Positions 40,083-49,971 of a stretch of DNA of 64,000 nucleotides are shown in pieces. Source of the stretch: a virus; IMG/VR virus record IMGVR_UViG_3300045988_091582; one strand, given 5' to 3'. Each line of letters opens with the position of its first letter. Positions within the stretch are counted from its first letter, which is position 1. The notes beneath the pieces were generated by a model. The model did no database searches, was not told the origin of the DNA, and saw only the letters and a program-made list of their open reading frames with translations. Both the position numbers and the translations under genes were made by a program.

Positions 40083-40306
40083 ATTATCAAAAAGCTAGTC
40101 AAGTATCTTTATTAGTAGAATTGGTTAAATCTTCTGAAATAGTGTCTAAAGAATATTCTGAAGCACGTATACCAGAAGATTTAATTTCTAATATAAAGAT
40201 ATTGTGTATGAAAGATAGTAGTTTTAGAAGAAGTTTCTATAGTATAATGCAGAAACTTGGAAAGAAATATTTAGATATTTATATAAATAAATTATCAGAG
40301 TTATGA
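40079..40306 (+). CDS. hypothetical protein
   Basis: Track ORF 75 aa. Confidence 0.4.
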   Translation: MNYQKASQVSLLVELVKSSEIVSKEYSEARIPEDLISNIKILCMKDSSFRRSFYSIMQKLGKKYLDIYINKLSEL

Positions 40307-40806
40307 ACTTAGTTTGGCTAAAATTAATAAAGCGAATCTTAACTCATAAGTATTATGTTGCTAAATATTGTTTTCAAATAGGATTATATTGGCAAGGTAT
40401 TACTCATGATTTATCTAAATTTAGTTTTACAGAATTCTCAAGAGCTATTAAGTACTGGGATGATAATATAAGTTCATTAGCAAATGAACGTAAAATATTA
40501 GGATATAGTCAAACATTCCTTCATCATAGAGGACGAAATCCTCATCATTATGAATATTGGATACATTCTTTAGATGATGGAGGAGTTCCTGCTAGAATGC
40601 CTAAAAAATATGTTTTAGAACTTATATGTGATTATTTAGCGGCAGCTAAAACATATGGAGCTGACCCTAGAAAAGAATATACATGGTGGGCTAAACAACA
40701 ATCTCATATGAAAATCCACAAAGAAACTAAGGATTATATAACTGAAGTGTTTTATAAATATAGTATAGGTTTAACATTAAAAGAATCAATTAATGGAAAT
40801 TATTAA
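40303..40806 (+). CDS. hypothetical protein, possible HD-type metal-dependent hydrolase
   Basis: Track ORF 167 aa; His-rich motifs ITHDLSKF and LHHRGRNPHHYEYW; assignment weak. Confidence 0.4.
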   Translation: MNLVWLKLIKRILTHKYYVAKYCFQIGLYWQGITHDLSKFSFTEFSRAIKYWDDNISSLANERKILGYSQTFLHHRGRNPHHYEYWIHSLDDGGVPARMPKKYVLELICDYLAAAKTYGADPRKEYTWWAKQQSHMKIHKETKDYITEVFYKYSIGLTLKESINGNY

Positions 40807-42346
40807 TGCAACTGATGGCTACAAGCTTGGTCATCATCGTATGTACCCAGAGGGTACACAAATGGTTTATAGTAACTGGACTCCTAGAAGTAATCGTTAC
40901 TTCCCAGAAGCTACAGAAGGTTCTGTAGTATTTGGTATTCAGTACTTTGTAAAAAAGTATTTGATAGAGGAATTTAACGAATGGTTTGTTCTTCCTAAGG
41001 AAGAAGCTATTAAACAGTTTTCTTATCGTGTAGGTAACTTTGTAGATATTAATCAGGTTGGAACAAAGCATATTGAGGAGCTTTATGATTTAGAATATCT
41101 TCCTATTGAAATTAAAGCTCTTCCTGAAGGTTCTATCTGTCCTATAAGAGTACCTATGATGACTATTAAAAATACTCTTCCTGATTTCTTCTGGTTGACT
41201 AATTATTTGGAGACTCTGATTAGTTGTACTCTATGGCTTCCTTGTACTTCTGCAACAAGTGCTCGTCTTTATAAGAAGAGACTTATGGAACATGCTAAAA
41301 AGACTGGATTCCCAGAAGATGTAAATTTAGGCTTCTCTTGTCACGATTTTTCAATGAGAGGTATGGCAGGACTTGATGCATCTGTTATTTCAGGTATGGC
41401 TCATATGACCTCATTCTGTGGTAGTGAAACAATTCCTGCTATCGAAGCAGTAGAGCATTATTATAATGCAGATGTTACTAAAGAACTCGTAGCTGCAACT
41501 GTTCCGGCTTCAGAACATTCAGTAATGTGCGCAGGGGGTGAAGATGGCGAGATTGAAACATATCGTCGTCTTATTAATGATCTATATCCAACAGGTATTA
41601 TCTCAATAGTATCTGATACTTGGGATTTCTGGCAGGTAGTTGAGAAATTCTTGCCTAAGCTTAAAGCAGACATTATAAAGCGTAATGGTCGAGTAGTAAT
41701 TCGCCCTGATAGTGGTGATCCAGTAGATATTATCTGTGGTCTTCGTACAAATCCTCATTACCACACTGCGATGAAGGAAGGTAAGTATTACTGTGATTTC
41801 AATCCATTTATGGATGATGATGAAAGTCATTATGTAGAAGTATCTGAAGGTCAGTATTATGGAGCATATTATATGCTAGGTAAAATCTTTGGATGGAATA
41901 CTACAGTAAATGATTATCGTTATCCAAGCACTAAGATTGGATTGCTTTATGGAGATTCTATCACTCTAGAACGTCAACGTGATATCTATACCAGATTAGA
42001 GAGTGCTCATATGGCAGCTTGTAATCTTGTTCTTGGTATTGGATCTTACACTTATCAGTTTAAGAGTCGTGATTCTTTAGGATTCGCAGTTAAAGCAACT
42101 GCTTGTATAATTAATGGCAGACTTATAGAAATTTATAAGCATCCAAAGACTGATGATGGAACGAAGAACTCTCTCAAAGGTCTTATTAGAGTTGAAGAAG
42201 AGAATGGTAAGTATGTCGCTTATGACCAGCAGACTAAGGATGCAGAACTGCAAGGTTGTCTTAAAACAATCTTTGTAGATGGAGAATTAGTAAGAGAATA
42301 TTCTCTTTCTGAAATTCGTGAACGTGTAAATTCAACATTAGTATGA
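40793..42346 (+). CDS. nadV: nicotinamide phosphoribosyltransferase (NAMPT/NadV)
   Basis: 517 aa; N-terminal ATDGYKLGHHRMYPEGT.MVYSN...R.. and overall length match the NAMPT family. Confidence 0.7.
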   Translation: MEIINATDGYKLGHHRMYPEGTQMVYSNWTPRSNRYFPEATEGSVVFGIQYFVKKYLIEEFNEWFVLPKEEAIKQFSYRVGNFVDINQVGTKHIEELYDLEYLPIEIKALPEGSICPIRVPMMTIKNTLPDFFWLTNYLETLISCTLWLPCTSATSARLYKKRLMEHAKKTGFPEDVNLGFSCHDFSMRGMAGLDASVISGMAHMTSFCGSETIPAIEAVEHYYNADVTKELVAATVPASEHSVMCAGGEDGEIETYRRLINDLYPTGIISIVSDTWDFWQVVEKFLPKLKADIIKRNGRVVIRPDSGDPVDIICGLRTNPHYHTAMKEGKYYCDFNPFMDDDESHYVEVSEGQYYGAYYMLGKIFGWNTTVNDYRYPSTKIGLLYGDSITLERQRDIYTRLESAHMAACNLVLGIGSYTYQFKSRDSLGFAVKATACIINGRLIEIYKHPKTDDGTKNSLKGLIRVEEENGKYVAYDQQTKDAELQGCLKTIFVDGELVREYSLSEIRERVNSTLV

Positions 42347-42837
42347 TAGAAATTGTTAATGGAGATTTACTCCAATCAAATTTACCTCTTATAGCTCATC
42401 AAACTAATTGTTTGGGAGTAATGGGAGCAGGTATAGCTAGATCTATTAAAAATAAATGGAATATTGTATATACACAATATGTTGATATCTGTAAAACTTT
42501 TGAATATTCTAAAGATTTATTAGGTAAATGTCAAGTATGTGTAACTGAAGAATTACCTATTAGATTTGTAGCTAATTTATTTGGTGAATATTCTTTTACT
42601 GAATCAGTAGCTCCTTTTGAAAATAGACATACTGATTATAATGCTCTTAAAAAAGCTTTGTTAAATTTAAAAGCTTTTTGTGAAGACGAAGAAGTAACAG
42701 AAGTAGGTATTCCTTATAAATTAGGATGTGGATTAGCAGGTGGAGATTGGGATGGAGTAGTTTATCCTATGCTACAAGAACTTTTTGCTAATGATTCAAC
42801 AATAACTCTTTATATTTATAAATTATGCAACAATTAA
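42343..42837 (+). CDS. macro-domain protein (ADP-ribose binding/processing)
   Basis: 164 aa; IVNGDL...IAHQTNCLGVMGAGIA matches macro-domain NAAN..LGGGGV.GAI. Confidence 0.55.
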   Translation: MIEIVNGDLLQSNLPLIAHQTNCLGVMGAGIARSIKNKWNIVYTQYVDICKTFEYSKDLLGKCQVCVTEELPIRFVANLFGEYSFTESVAPFENRHTDYNALKKALLNLKAFCEDEEVTEVGIPYKLGCGLAGGDWDGVVYPMLQELFANDSTITLYIYKLCNN

Positions 42838-43634
42838 ATTTAGTACATCTAGAAGATAGTGATATTAAATATTCTATCTCTAGATTTCCTGATGGTGAAG
42901 TTCAAATTTCATTAGAAGAATTCAGTCATAAAGAGCAAGTATTAGTTAAATGTAGAATTACTAATGCTGAAGACTTGTTTATACTTATGCAAGTTTTAGA
43001 TATTCTTGATAGACATGAAGTTCTGTATAAGTTAAATATCTATTATTTAATGAGTATGAGAATGGATCGAGTAATGGATTTCAATAGACCTTTTACTTTA
43101 AAAATAGTCTTAAATTCGCTAAAAAATTGTAATGCAGACGTTATTAAAATCTTAGAACCTCATTCTGATGTTTATTATGATTTTAGATTTGGAAGAAAAT
43201 TTACTGAATTATATATAGGAAATAGTCTTTCAAACACTGTATGGAATGATTTTCAAATGGTTCTTCCAGACGCAGGAGCTAAAGAAAGATATGATTTCCA
43301 ATTTAATAAAACTGCACTTACTTGTAGTAAAGTCCGAGACTTAACTACAGGAAAGATTTTAGAAATTAAAATAGATAATCCTGAAGTAATTAGTGATAAA
43401 CCTCTATTAATTCTTGATGATTTGTGTGATGGTGGAGGAACTTTCTGTGGTATTGCTAAAGCGTTTAATGCTTTAGATATTCCTAAAGAACGTTTAAATA
43501 TTGCAGTTACTCATATGGTAAATCCTAAGGGTATAAAGAATTTGTCAGAAAACTTTAATCACGTATGGTTTACTAACTCTTATAAAGACTGGGACAATCT
43601 TCCTGAGAATGTTACAATGTTAAAGGTTATCTGA
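42825..43634 (+). CDS. prs: ribose-phosphate pyrophosphokinase (PRPP synthetase)-like
   Basis: 269 aa; RFPDGEVQISL N-terminal motif and PRPP-binding loop LLILDDLCDGGGTF. Confidence 0.6.
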   Translation: MQQLNLVHLEDSDIKYSISRFPDGEVQISLEEFSHKEQVLVKCRITNAEDLFILMQVLDILDRHEVLYKLNIYYLMSMRMDRVMDFNRPFTLKIVLNSLKNCNADVIKILEPHSDVYYDFRFGRKFTELYIGNSLSNTVWNDFQMVLPDAGAKERYDFQFNKTALTCSKVRDLTTGKILEIKIDNPEVISDKPLLILDDLCDGGGTFCGIAKAFNALDIPKERLNIAVTHMVNPKGIKNLSENFNHVWFTNSYKDWDNLPENVTMLKVI

Positions 43635-43775
43635 TGTATATTTTGGAACTTATTATAACTATTATTTTGGTAATAATTATAACTGATCCAAGATTAGATA
43701 TTACAGATAGTCAATGTATATTGTGGTATTCAAACTTTGAAGGAGAACGTTGTTATTTAATACTTTGGAATAAAA

Positions 43776-44102
43776 ATGATCATTATAAATAAAAATGAAT
43801 TAGACCCTAACTTAATTTATGATATTAATTTAGAGTTAGAAGCATTATTTACAGATAGTACAACTTGGGAAATTAGTTCTAGTACTGGAGATTTAGATGA
43901 TGCTTCCGATATACGAATTGTTATTAAAGGTGAGGGACATTGCTATATTTCTACAATAAATGATACTGAAGGGTACGTTAGAGATTTGTTAAATAGTTAT
44001 AGAAAAGCTCATAATTTTGATACTTTTTGTATGTCTACAACGTACTTTGATCCTGAAAAGAATGGAATAGTATTTGAATATGCAGATTACATATCTTTAT
44101 AA
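43776..44102 (+). CDS. hypothetical protein
   Basis: Track ORF 108 aa. Confidence 0.45.
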   Translation: MIIINKNELDPNLIYDINLELEALFTDSTTWEISSSTGDLDDASDIRIVIKGEGHCYISTINDTEGYVRDLLNSYRKAHNFDTFCMSTTYFDPEKNGIVFEYADYISL

Positions 44103-44104
44103 CT

Positions 44105-44518
44105 ATGTTACAGATTTATACTGATGGTGCTTATAAATCTTCTATTGACCAAGGAGGTATTGGAGTAGTATGGATGAAGGATGATAAAGTATTTAAAAAG
44201 TACTCTAAAGTCTTTAAACATACTACTAATAATAAAATGGAATTAATTGCTATGTTATGTGCTTTTAAGTCTATTAAAACTCCAATGGATGAAGTAGAGT
44301 TTATAAGTGATAGTCAATATGTACTAGGGTGTCTTACTATGGGTTGGAAGAAAAAGAAGAATGTAGAACTCTGGAATATTTTAGATAAAGAATATGAAAG
44401 AGTTAAATCTTTAGTAAAAAATATAAAATTTACCCATGTTAGAGGGCATCAAGATTGTTTTGGTAATAATCTAGCGGATGAGTTAGCTAGTAATGCTAGC
44501 TTAGAATTACTAGAATAA
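44105..44518 (+). CDS. rnhA: ribonuclease HI
   Basis: 137 aa; IYTDGA...NNKMEL...FISDSQYV...HVRGHQD..GNNLADELA matches RNase H catalytic motifs. Confidence 0.7.
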   Translation: MLQIYTDGAYKSSIDQGGIGVVWMKDDKVFKKYSKVFKHTTNNKMELIAMLCAFKSIKTPMDEVEFISDSQYVLGCLTMGWKKKKNVELWNILDKEYERVKSLVKNIKFTHVRGHQDCFGNNLADELASNASLELLE

Positions 44519-44679
44519 TGTATTTAGTTATATCAATAATAATTGTTTTTACATGTGTGGCTATTTATATTGGATCTGCATTTGCTGTTATGTATAGATG
44601 GGATGAAAATAGTATCAGCATTAATATTAGCATGTCCAATTATAAATACGTTATTAGCACTGTATTACCTGTATCCTAA
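44518..44679 (+). CDS. small membrane protein
   Basis: 53 codons MYLVISIIIVFTCVAIYIGSAFAV...; below track cutoff. Confidence 0.3.
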   Translation: MYLVISIIIVFTCVAIYIGSAFAVMYRWDENSISINISMSNYKYVISTVLPVS

Positions 44680-44721
44680 GTTAACAGAAACTTTAAGTAA
44701 AATTTTTAAAAATAATTAATT

Positions 44722-44901
44722 ATGGCTAAAGAAATTGTAAAAGTAACAGTAGACACTATTACTATTTATCGTACTACTGGTGGTAAAATTGCGGTAAAAC
44801 GTAGTGATAGATTAAAACCAAGTAGATATTTCGATGATATCAAAGATGCTCGTAAGTATGCTGAAGAGCACTTTGAAGGTAATGTCTCAGAGTCTCTCTA
44901 A
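44722..44901 (+). CDS. small hypothetical protein
   Basis: 59 codons MAKEIVKVTVDTITIYRTTGGKIAVKR...; below track cutoff. Confidence 0.3.
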   Translation: MAKEIVKVTVDTITIYRTTGGKIAVKRSDRLKPSRYFDDIKDARKYAEEHFEGNVSESL

Positions 44902-45178
44902 GACATTTTCATTTCTAGAGTGATAAATTGTTCATGATTCTAAATTTAGAAGTTTGTAGACTATTCTAGACGTGTCTATGACTAAATTATGGTATTTTAC
45001 CTAGATAATTTTAATATTACACAGATGATTAATTTTCTTTTAATTTTCAATTCTAGTTAAAATGAAGTATAAGGCAAAGCTTGAAAGACTTCGTCAGAAG
45101 CAGGTATGGTGGGATAAGCTCCCTCAAGCAGTAAAAAATGCAACAACAAGACCTGGTGGTATTGGATCAAAATAATCT

Positions 45179-45496
45179 ATGATAATTAAAGAATCTGATT
45201 TTGAATTAAGATCTTCAACAAATGATGAAAGTTGTCCTCATTGGGATTTATATATTATGAAAACCATTAATGCCAAATCTAAAACTAGAGAGGCTAGAGA
45301 GGAACTTACTTTAGCAGGATATGGATTAACCTTATCTGGAGCTATGGCATCAATTGCTAGATATAGAGTAGCTAGAGCTAATCCTGAAAAGGCTTTTACT
45401 ATGCAACAATATTTAGATTCCTATACAAAAGAACTTCATAGATTATATGATATTGTGGGAGAAACTCCTAATAATACTACTTTGATGGAGGAATGA
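45179..45496 (+). CDS. hypothetical protein
   Basis: Track ORF 105 aa. Confidence 0.45.
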   Translation: MIIKESDFELRSSTNDESCPHWDLYIMKTINAKSKTREAREELTLAGYGLTLSGAMASIARYRVARANPEKAFTMQQYLDSYTKELHRLYDIVGETPNNTTLMEE

Positions 45497-45762
45497 TTAA
45501 GTCCATTCCTATAACTACTTGGAGAGACGAACATCATAGAGACATTACAGTTTCTAAGATGTTCGTCTATGAACTTACAGCATATGCTCATTATAAAGAT
45601 AGAGAGGAATTGTTAGGTAGTAAGTTTATATCTTCAAATAAACCTCTTAAAGAGAGAGTACAAGTTACTAAAAAGATTGGATATAGAATTATAAAATCCA
45701 TTGACTTAGTATCAGCTCCTCTAGATTATATTATTAATAATTCTAAATTTAAAAAATTATGA
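45493..45762 (+). CDS. hypothetical protein
   Basis: Track ORF 89 aa. Confidence 0.45.
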   Translation: MIKSIPITTWRDEHHRDITVSKMFVYELTAYAHYKDREELLGSKFISSNKPLKERVQVTKKIGYRIIKSIDLVSAPLDYIINNSKFKKL

Positions 45763-46181
45763 CAAATACTAAGCAGAAATTTGTAGATTACAGAGAAGGT
45801 AGTTTTGTAGACTTTGAAGGTAAGGATCATTACTTTGTAGTATGTGTTGTTCTTAGAGAAAGTGCTATATTTGAAAATCCTACTAGAATTCTTAGTTTTG
45901 GAGTATCTTTCTGTAACCCAGTAGATAAACACAACAATGAACTTGGTAAGAAAATTGCTTATGGTAAAAGTATTAGTAATAGAAATACCAATGTACTAAT
46001 AGGTAGAGCAGGACTCCTTAATATTGAGACTGTAAAATACATACTTGATAATGAAGTCAATCACGTAAAACAATATCCTGAGCAGTATAGTGTTCCATAT
46101 GCTAAAGCTAAAGATAAATATGAAAAATCTAAAGCTTTAGCTGAAAAAGCAGCTTTATATAATAAAGTAGCAGCAGATTAA
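45759..46181 (+). CDS. hypothetical protein
   Basis: Track ORF 140 aa. Confidence 0.5.
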   Translation: MTNTKQKFVDYREGSFVDFEGKDHYFVVCVVLRESAIFENPTRILSFGVSFCNPVDKHNNELGKKIAYGKSISNRNTNVLIGRAGLLNIETVKYILDNEVNHVKQYPEQYSVPYAKAKDKYEKSKALAEKAALYNKVAAD

Positions 46182-46513
46182 TGAAATTCTTAGATAGATT
46201 AATTTTAATATTAATTTTTATTACTATTATAGGGTCTACTATCTTTTTATATAGAGGATTTAAATCTACTACTGTAATGCCTACAGATACCTTAGAAAGA
46301 AAAATAGACTCATTAAATAGTAAGAAAAATTCTATTAAAGTTAATATCAATAAGTGTGATACTGCTATCTACTATAATAAAACTATCTATGTTAAAGAGA
46401 AGGACAATATTATTAAGCAGTCTCCTGATAGCGACATGCAGTTTTTCACAAACTACATTCGAGAAGTCGGGAGAAAACTTCTTATTGACACCGTATCAAT
46501 TAAAAATAACTAA
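46181..46513 (+). CDS. membrane-anchored hypothetical protein
   Basis: Track ORF 110 aa; N-terminal TM helix. Confidence 0.45.
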   Translation: MKFLDRLILILIFITIIGSTIFLYRGFKSTTVMPTDTLERKIDSLNSKKNSIKVNINKCDTAIYYNKTIYVKEKDNIIKQSPDSDMQFFTNYIREVGRKLLIDTVSIKNN

Positions 46514-46754
46514 TCTTATTTTTAATGAGCATAAATATTTACTAGTAAATGATAGTCTACAAAAAATTCAAATAAATAACTACAAATCTTTGGTAAATAC
46601 AATGGATAGTACGCTAACATATAAAGATTATCAAATAAAGATTCAATCTGATAAAAATAATGAATTGTATATACAAAATAAAAAATTATCAAAATTGAAT
46701 TATTTATTTGGAGGTATAAGTATATTATCTATAATATGTGCTCTAATACATTAG
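46389..46754 (+). CDS. lipoprotein
   Basis: Within track ORF 46356..46754; MLKRRTILLSSLLIATCSFSQ lipobox signal peptide; overlaps the preceding gene out of frame by ~125 nt. Confidence 0.4.
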   Translation: MLKRRTILLSSLLIATCSFSQTTFEKSGENFLLTPYQLKITNLIFNEHKYLLVNDSLQKIQINNYKSLVNTMDSTLTYKDYQIKIQSDKNNELYIQNKKLSKLNYLFGGISILSIICALIH

Positions 46755-46962
46755 ATACTTACATAAAGGATACTGACGGTAAGAAATTTAAATTTCCAGA
46801 TAGAGATTGTAAGAATTGTAAAAGATATAAATGCTTAGTAAATATGGACATGCTTAAATGTAATTTTGCTAAGTATGGATGCAGAAATTATAATCCTAGA
46901 TAACTAAAATTACTAAAAATTGATAAATAATATTTACGCCTTGAAAAAGGATTACCATATTA

Positions 46963-47301
46963 TTGCGGAAATTTATTTATCAATTAATGGTTGTTTATAG
47001 TAAATTACTTGAGAAATTTAATGATAGCTTAGGCTATGTAATATATGTATTCGAATTGTTAGATAATGAGGATAAGCTTAGAGAAAAGACTAAATACCTT
47101 ATGTGTACTCAACCTCCTAATTGGAGTGCTGCTACTATAAATTATGGGGATATTGGTTATCTCGAAGTGAAGCCTGTAATAGCAGGAATAGATGAATGGT
47201 ACGATGGAGACACACAACAGAAATACAGATATAATAATGTCTGGTTTATTAAGTTTGTCCCTCAAAGACCTAAAAACGTAGATGATATAATAATACAATA
47301 A
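46963..47301 (+). CDS. hypothetical protein
   Basis: Track ORF 112 aa. Confidence 0.4.
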   Translation: MRKFIYQLMVVYSKLLEKFNDSLGYVIYVFELLDNEDKLREKTKYLMCTQPPNWSAATINYGDIGYLEVKPVIAGIDEWYDGDTQQKYRYNNVWFIKFVPQRPKNVDDIIIQ

Positions 47302-47317
47302 ATAATCTTTAAGATTT

Positions 47318-48304
47318 ATGACAACAGTTTTAGGTGATAAACTCAATCAAGCTTTAGAAGCTAAGAATAATGATGTAGAAACATTTCTCTGGAAAGGTTC
47401 CAGAAAAATTGTAGATGGTGAACGTGTTCAGTCTTCCATAAAAATGGTAGATATGACTGAAGAAGAATTACGTAAAGCATATAAACATTGTGAATCAATG
47501 CTTTATAGTGACAACTATGAAAATCCTGGACGACGAGTTTTGTTGGAACAGATTGAAGACCAAAGAACTCGATGCAATGCTGAGTTGTTCTTAATTTGGC
47601 TATTGTACCCAGGTGAAGGTAGTACTAGACAAGGTATTGTAAGAACTAGTTTCTTTAATATGCTCAATCAACAGATTACTTCTCAGGCAGAACAGTTTGC
47701 TAAAGATAATGCAGAAAGAGGTGAGGGAGAGACAAATGCTAGCGCTATTGCAGAAACTCTCTTTAAAGAATGGACTCTTAATGATATTATGAATAGTGAT
47801 GAAGATTCATTTACTATGTTTGCTTCATTGCCATTGTATATTGTTAGAGAAGCTTGTTTGTCTGCTTTAGGTAAATGTGTTCGTAAGCATATTACTCTTA
47901 CATTCATTACTGAGCTTGGATTGTGGTTTACACGTTCTGAATTATTAGAATTAAATAAGAAAGATGAGAATGGTCGTTTAATAGATAGAATTAAGCAAGT
48001 TGCTGAACTTCTAAATATTAAACTGAGAGATCCTAAGAATCCTGAAGACAAGAAAGGTCTTGTTTTAAAAATTGATGATAGAAAAGGCTTAACTCTAAAA
48101 GAGTTTAGTGCAATGCTTACTTTCCGTAAGGATAAATATGATAAGCGTTATAATGATCTGACTAAAGTACAATTAGAAACCTTAAGAGATAAAGTTTTAC
48201 TTCATCTTGAAAATAAGGTTAGATGGCAAGCTTCAGAATGGGAGAAGCGTATTAAGCAAATCAAAGCAGTAGCTGCTTACAATGGCTACAAACTCTCTGA
48301 TTGA
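47318..48304 (+). CDS. hypothetical protein
   Basis: Track ORF 328 aa. Confidence 0.5.
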   Translation: MTTVLGDKLNQALEAKNNDVETFLWKGSRKIVDGERVQSSIKMVDMTEEELRKAYKHCESMLYSDNYENPGRRVLLEQIEDQRTRCNAELFLIWLLYPGEGSTRQGIVRTSFFNMLNQQITSQAEQFAKDNAERGEGETNASAIAETLFKEWTLNDIMNSDEDSFTMFASLPLYIVREACLSALGKCVRKHITLTFITELGLWFTRSELLELNKKDENGRLIDRIKQVAELLNIKLRDPKNPEDKKGLVLKIDDRKGLTLKEFSAMLTFRKDKYDKRYNDLTKVQLETLRDKVLLHLENKVRWQASEWEKRIKQIKAVAAYNGYKLSD

Positions 48305-49893
48305 AGGAGAATTATTTCATAAAATCACTAGAGACGAACGACAAGAAGAGTGTCGTAGAAAATGGATAAAAAATCGTTGTGTAGGGACAATAGTAGCGTC
48401 CACTGGCTTTGGTACTGTAAAAGCGGATCATATATCTGTTAATTACAATGCCGTTCCGATAGAGGAATCTTCGGAATTATTATCGAGCAAAATCGGTGGA
48501 AGCCCTATAGAGGGTAATACCGAGGTAATAGAAGAAATTAAAGAATCTTCTACACCGTACAGCATAGAGAATGAACCTAATAAATAGTCTAGTTACTAAC
48601 TAGACTATTTTTATTAGAATATAATTTCTCCACGAGTGTTCGATGCCCCAACTGAAATAAGTGGGTAAAAATTTATGCGGGGCTTATTAGTAATAGTAAG
48701 AAGTATAGATAAAAAGCTATACGATAACAAGACCGAAATCCAGAATAGGACTAAACTGTATTAAAACAGTGCTAAAACACTTTCCACAATATCGAGTACT
48801 AATAATTGTACCAACAGAAACTTTACAAAAACAATGGTGTGGTTATATAGATTCTAATGGGCTAGGATTAAGTTGTGATGTACAAATAATAAACACTGTA
48901 ATAAAACATCCTGCCAAATATGATCTTTTAGTATTAGATGAGGCGCATAGATATGCAGCTGAGACTTTTGTAAGATTGTTTGAAGTAATAAAATACCAAT
49001 TTATCTTAGGTCTTACAGCTACTTTTGAGCGTCTTGATGGTAGAGATAAAATATTAGCAAAATACTGTCCAGTAATTGATACTATTGATATTAACACTTG
49101 TCTTGCAAATGGTTGGGTTAGCCCATATAAAGAATATCTAGTCTTAGTAAATGTTGATGATTTAGAAGAATATGAAAAAATAAATAAAGAATTCATTTCT
49201 CATTTTGAATTCTTCGGATTCTCTTGGGAGTTAGTTAATAAATTAGCTGGTCCTATGGGTTGGCGAAATAAACTACTCCTAAGAGATTCTATGTGTAGTG
49301 ATCCTAACAAGAAATCTGAAGTACTACAAAGTATAAATTATCATGCTATCAGATTTTGGGCTACTATGCACGAAAAGAAAGCTTTCATAAATAATCACCC
49401 AAAGAAAATTGAAATAGTAAAGAAAATTATAGAAGCTAGAAAGGATAAAAAAATAATAACTTTTGCTAATAATATTAAAATGGCAGAAAAAATTCCTAAT
49501 GCTACTGTATATTCTAGTAGAACTTCTAAGAAAAGAAGTGCTACAGCTATTGAAGATTTTAACTCTGGAAAGATAACTTTATTATCTACAGTAAAAAAAG
49601 CTGATGAAGGACTTGATGTAAAAGGTCTTTCTGTAGCTATTATATTTGGATTAGATAGTTCAACTACTAGAGCTTGTCAACGAAGAGGAAGGTCAATCCG
49701 TTTTGAAAAAGGTAAGACAGCAGAGATATTCAATATAGTATTAAATAGGACTCAAGAAACTAAGTGGTTTTATGATTCTCATAAGGGAGATTCTTTTATA
49801 ACTATAGACGAATCAGAATTGGATAAAGTATTACAAGGTAAAGACTTTACCCCAGGTGAAAAGATAGTTCCTAAATTTGATTTTAGATTCTGA
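48282..49893 (+). CDS. SF2 (DEAH) helicase, gene split by a 349-nt intervening sequence
   Basis: Exon 1 48282-48413 ends ...TRDERQEECRRKW..CVGTIVASTGFG; exon 2 48763-49893 begins KTVLKHFPQYRVLIIVPT..., has VLDEAH and GLTATF; joining restores Walker A ASTGFGKT. Confidence 0.55.
48414..48762 (+). other. intervening sequence in helicase gene (intron-like, type unresolved)
   Basis: 349 nt; shifts frame 0 to frame 1 as exon joining requires; exon-1 frame reads in for 58 codons to a stop; contains a terminator-like hairpin. Confidence 0.4.
48586..48613 (+). terminator. terminator-like hairpin inside the intervening sequence
   Basis: TAGTCTAGTTACTAACTAGACTA + TTTTT. Confidence 0.4.
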
Positions 49894-49971
49894 ATCTATG
49901 TATTAATATCGCTCTGAAAAGAGATTAACTTAATTACAGTATGGAAGATTTTTAATTATCCGAATTACTGT

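Noticed and set aside
40790-41830. Antisense ORFs within the NAMPT gene (40790..41071, 41461..41673, 41603..41830)
   Set aside because: NAMPT homology supports the plus-strand frame.
48414-48762. Calling the helicase intervening sequence a group I intron outright
   Set aside because: The exon junction that restores Walker A does not place a G at the intron's last position, and no clear P7 pair was found. The type is left open.
45726-49196. Antisense ORFs 45726..45932, 46129..46350, 47059..47346, 47683..48051 and 48843..49196
   Set aside because: All are nested opposite longer genes.
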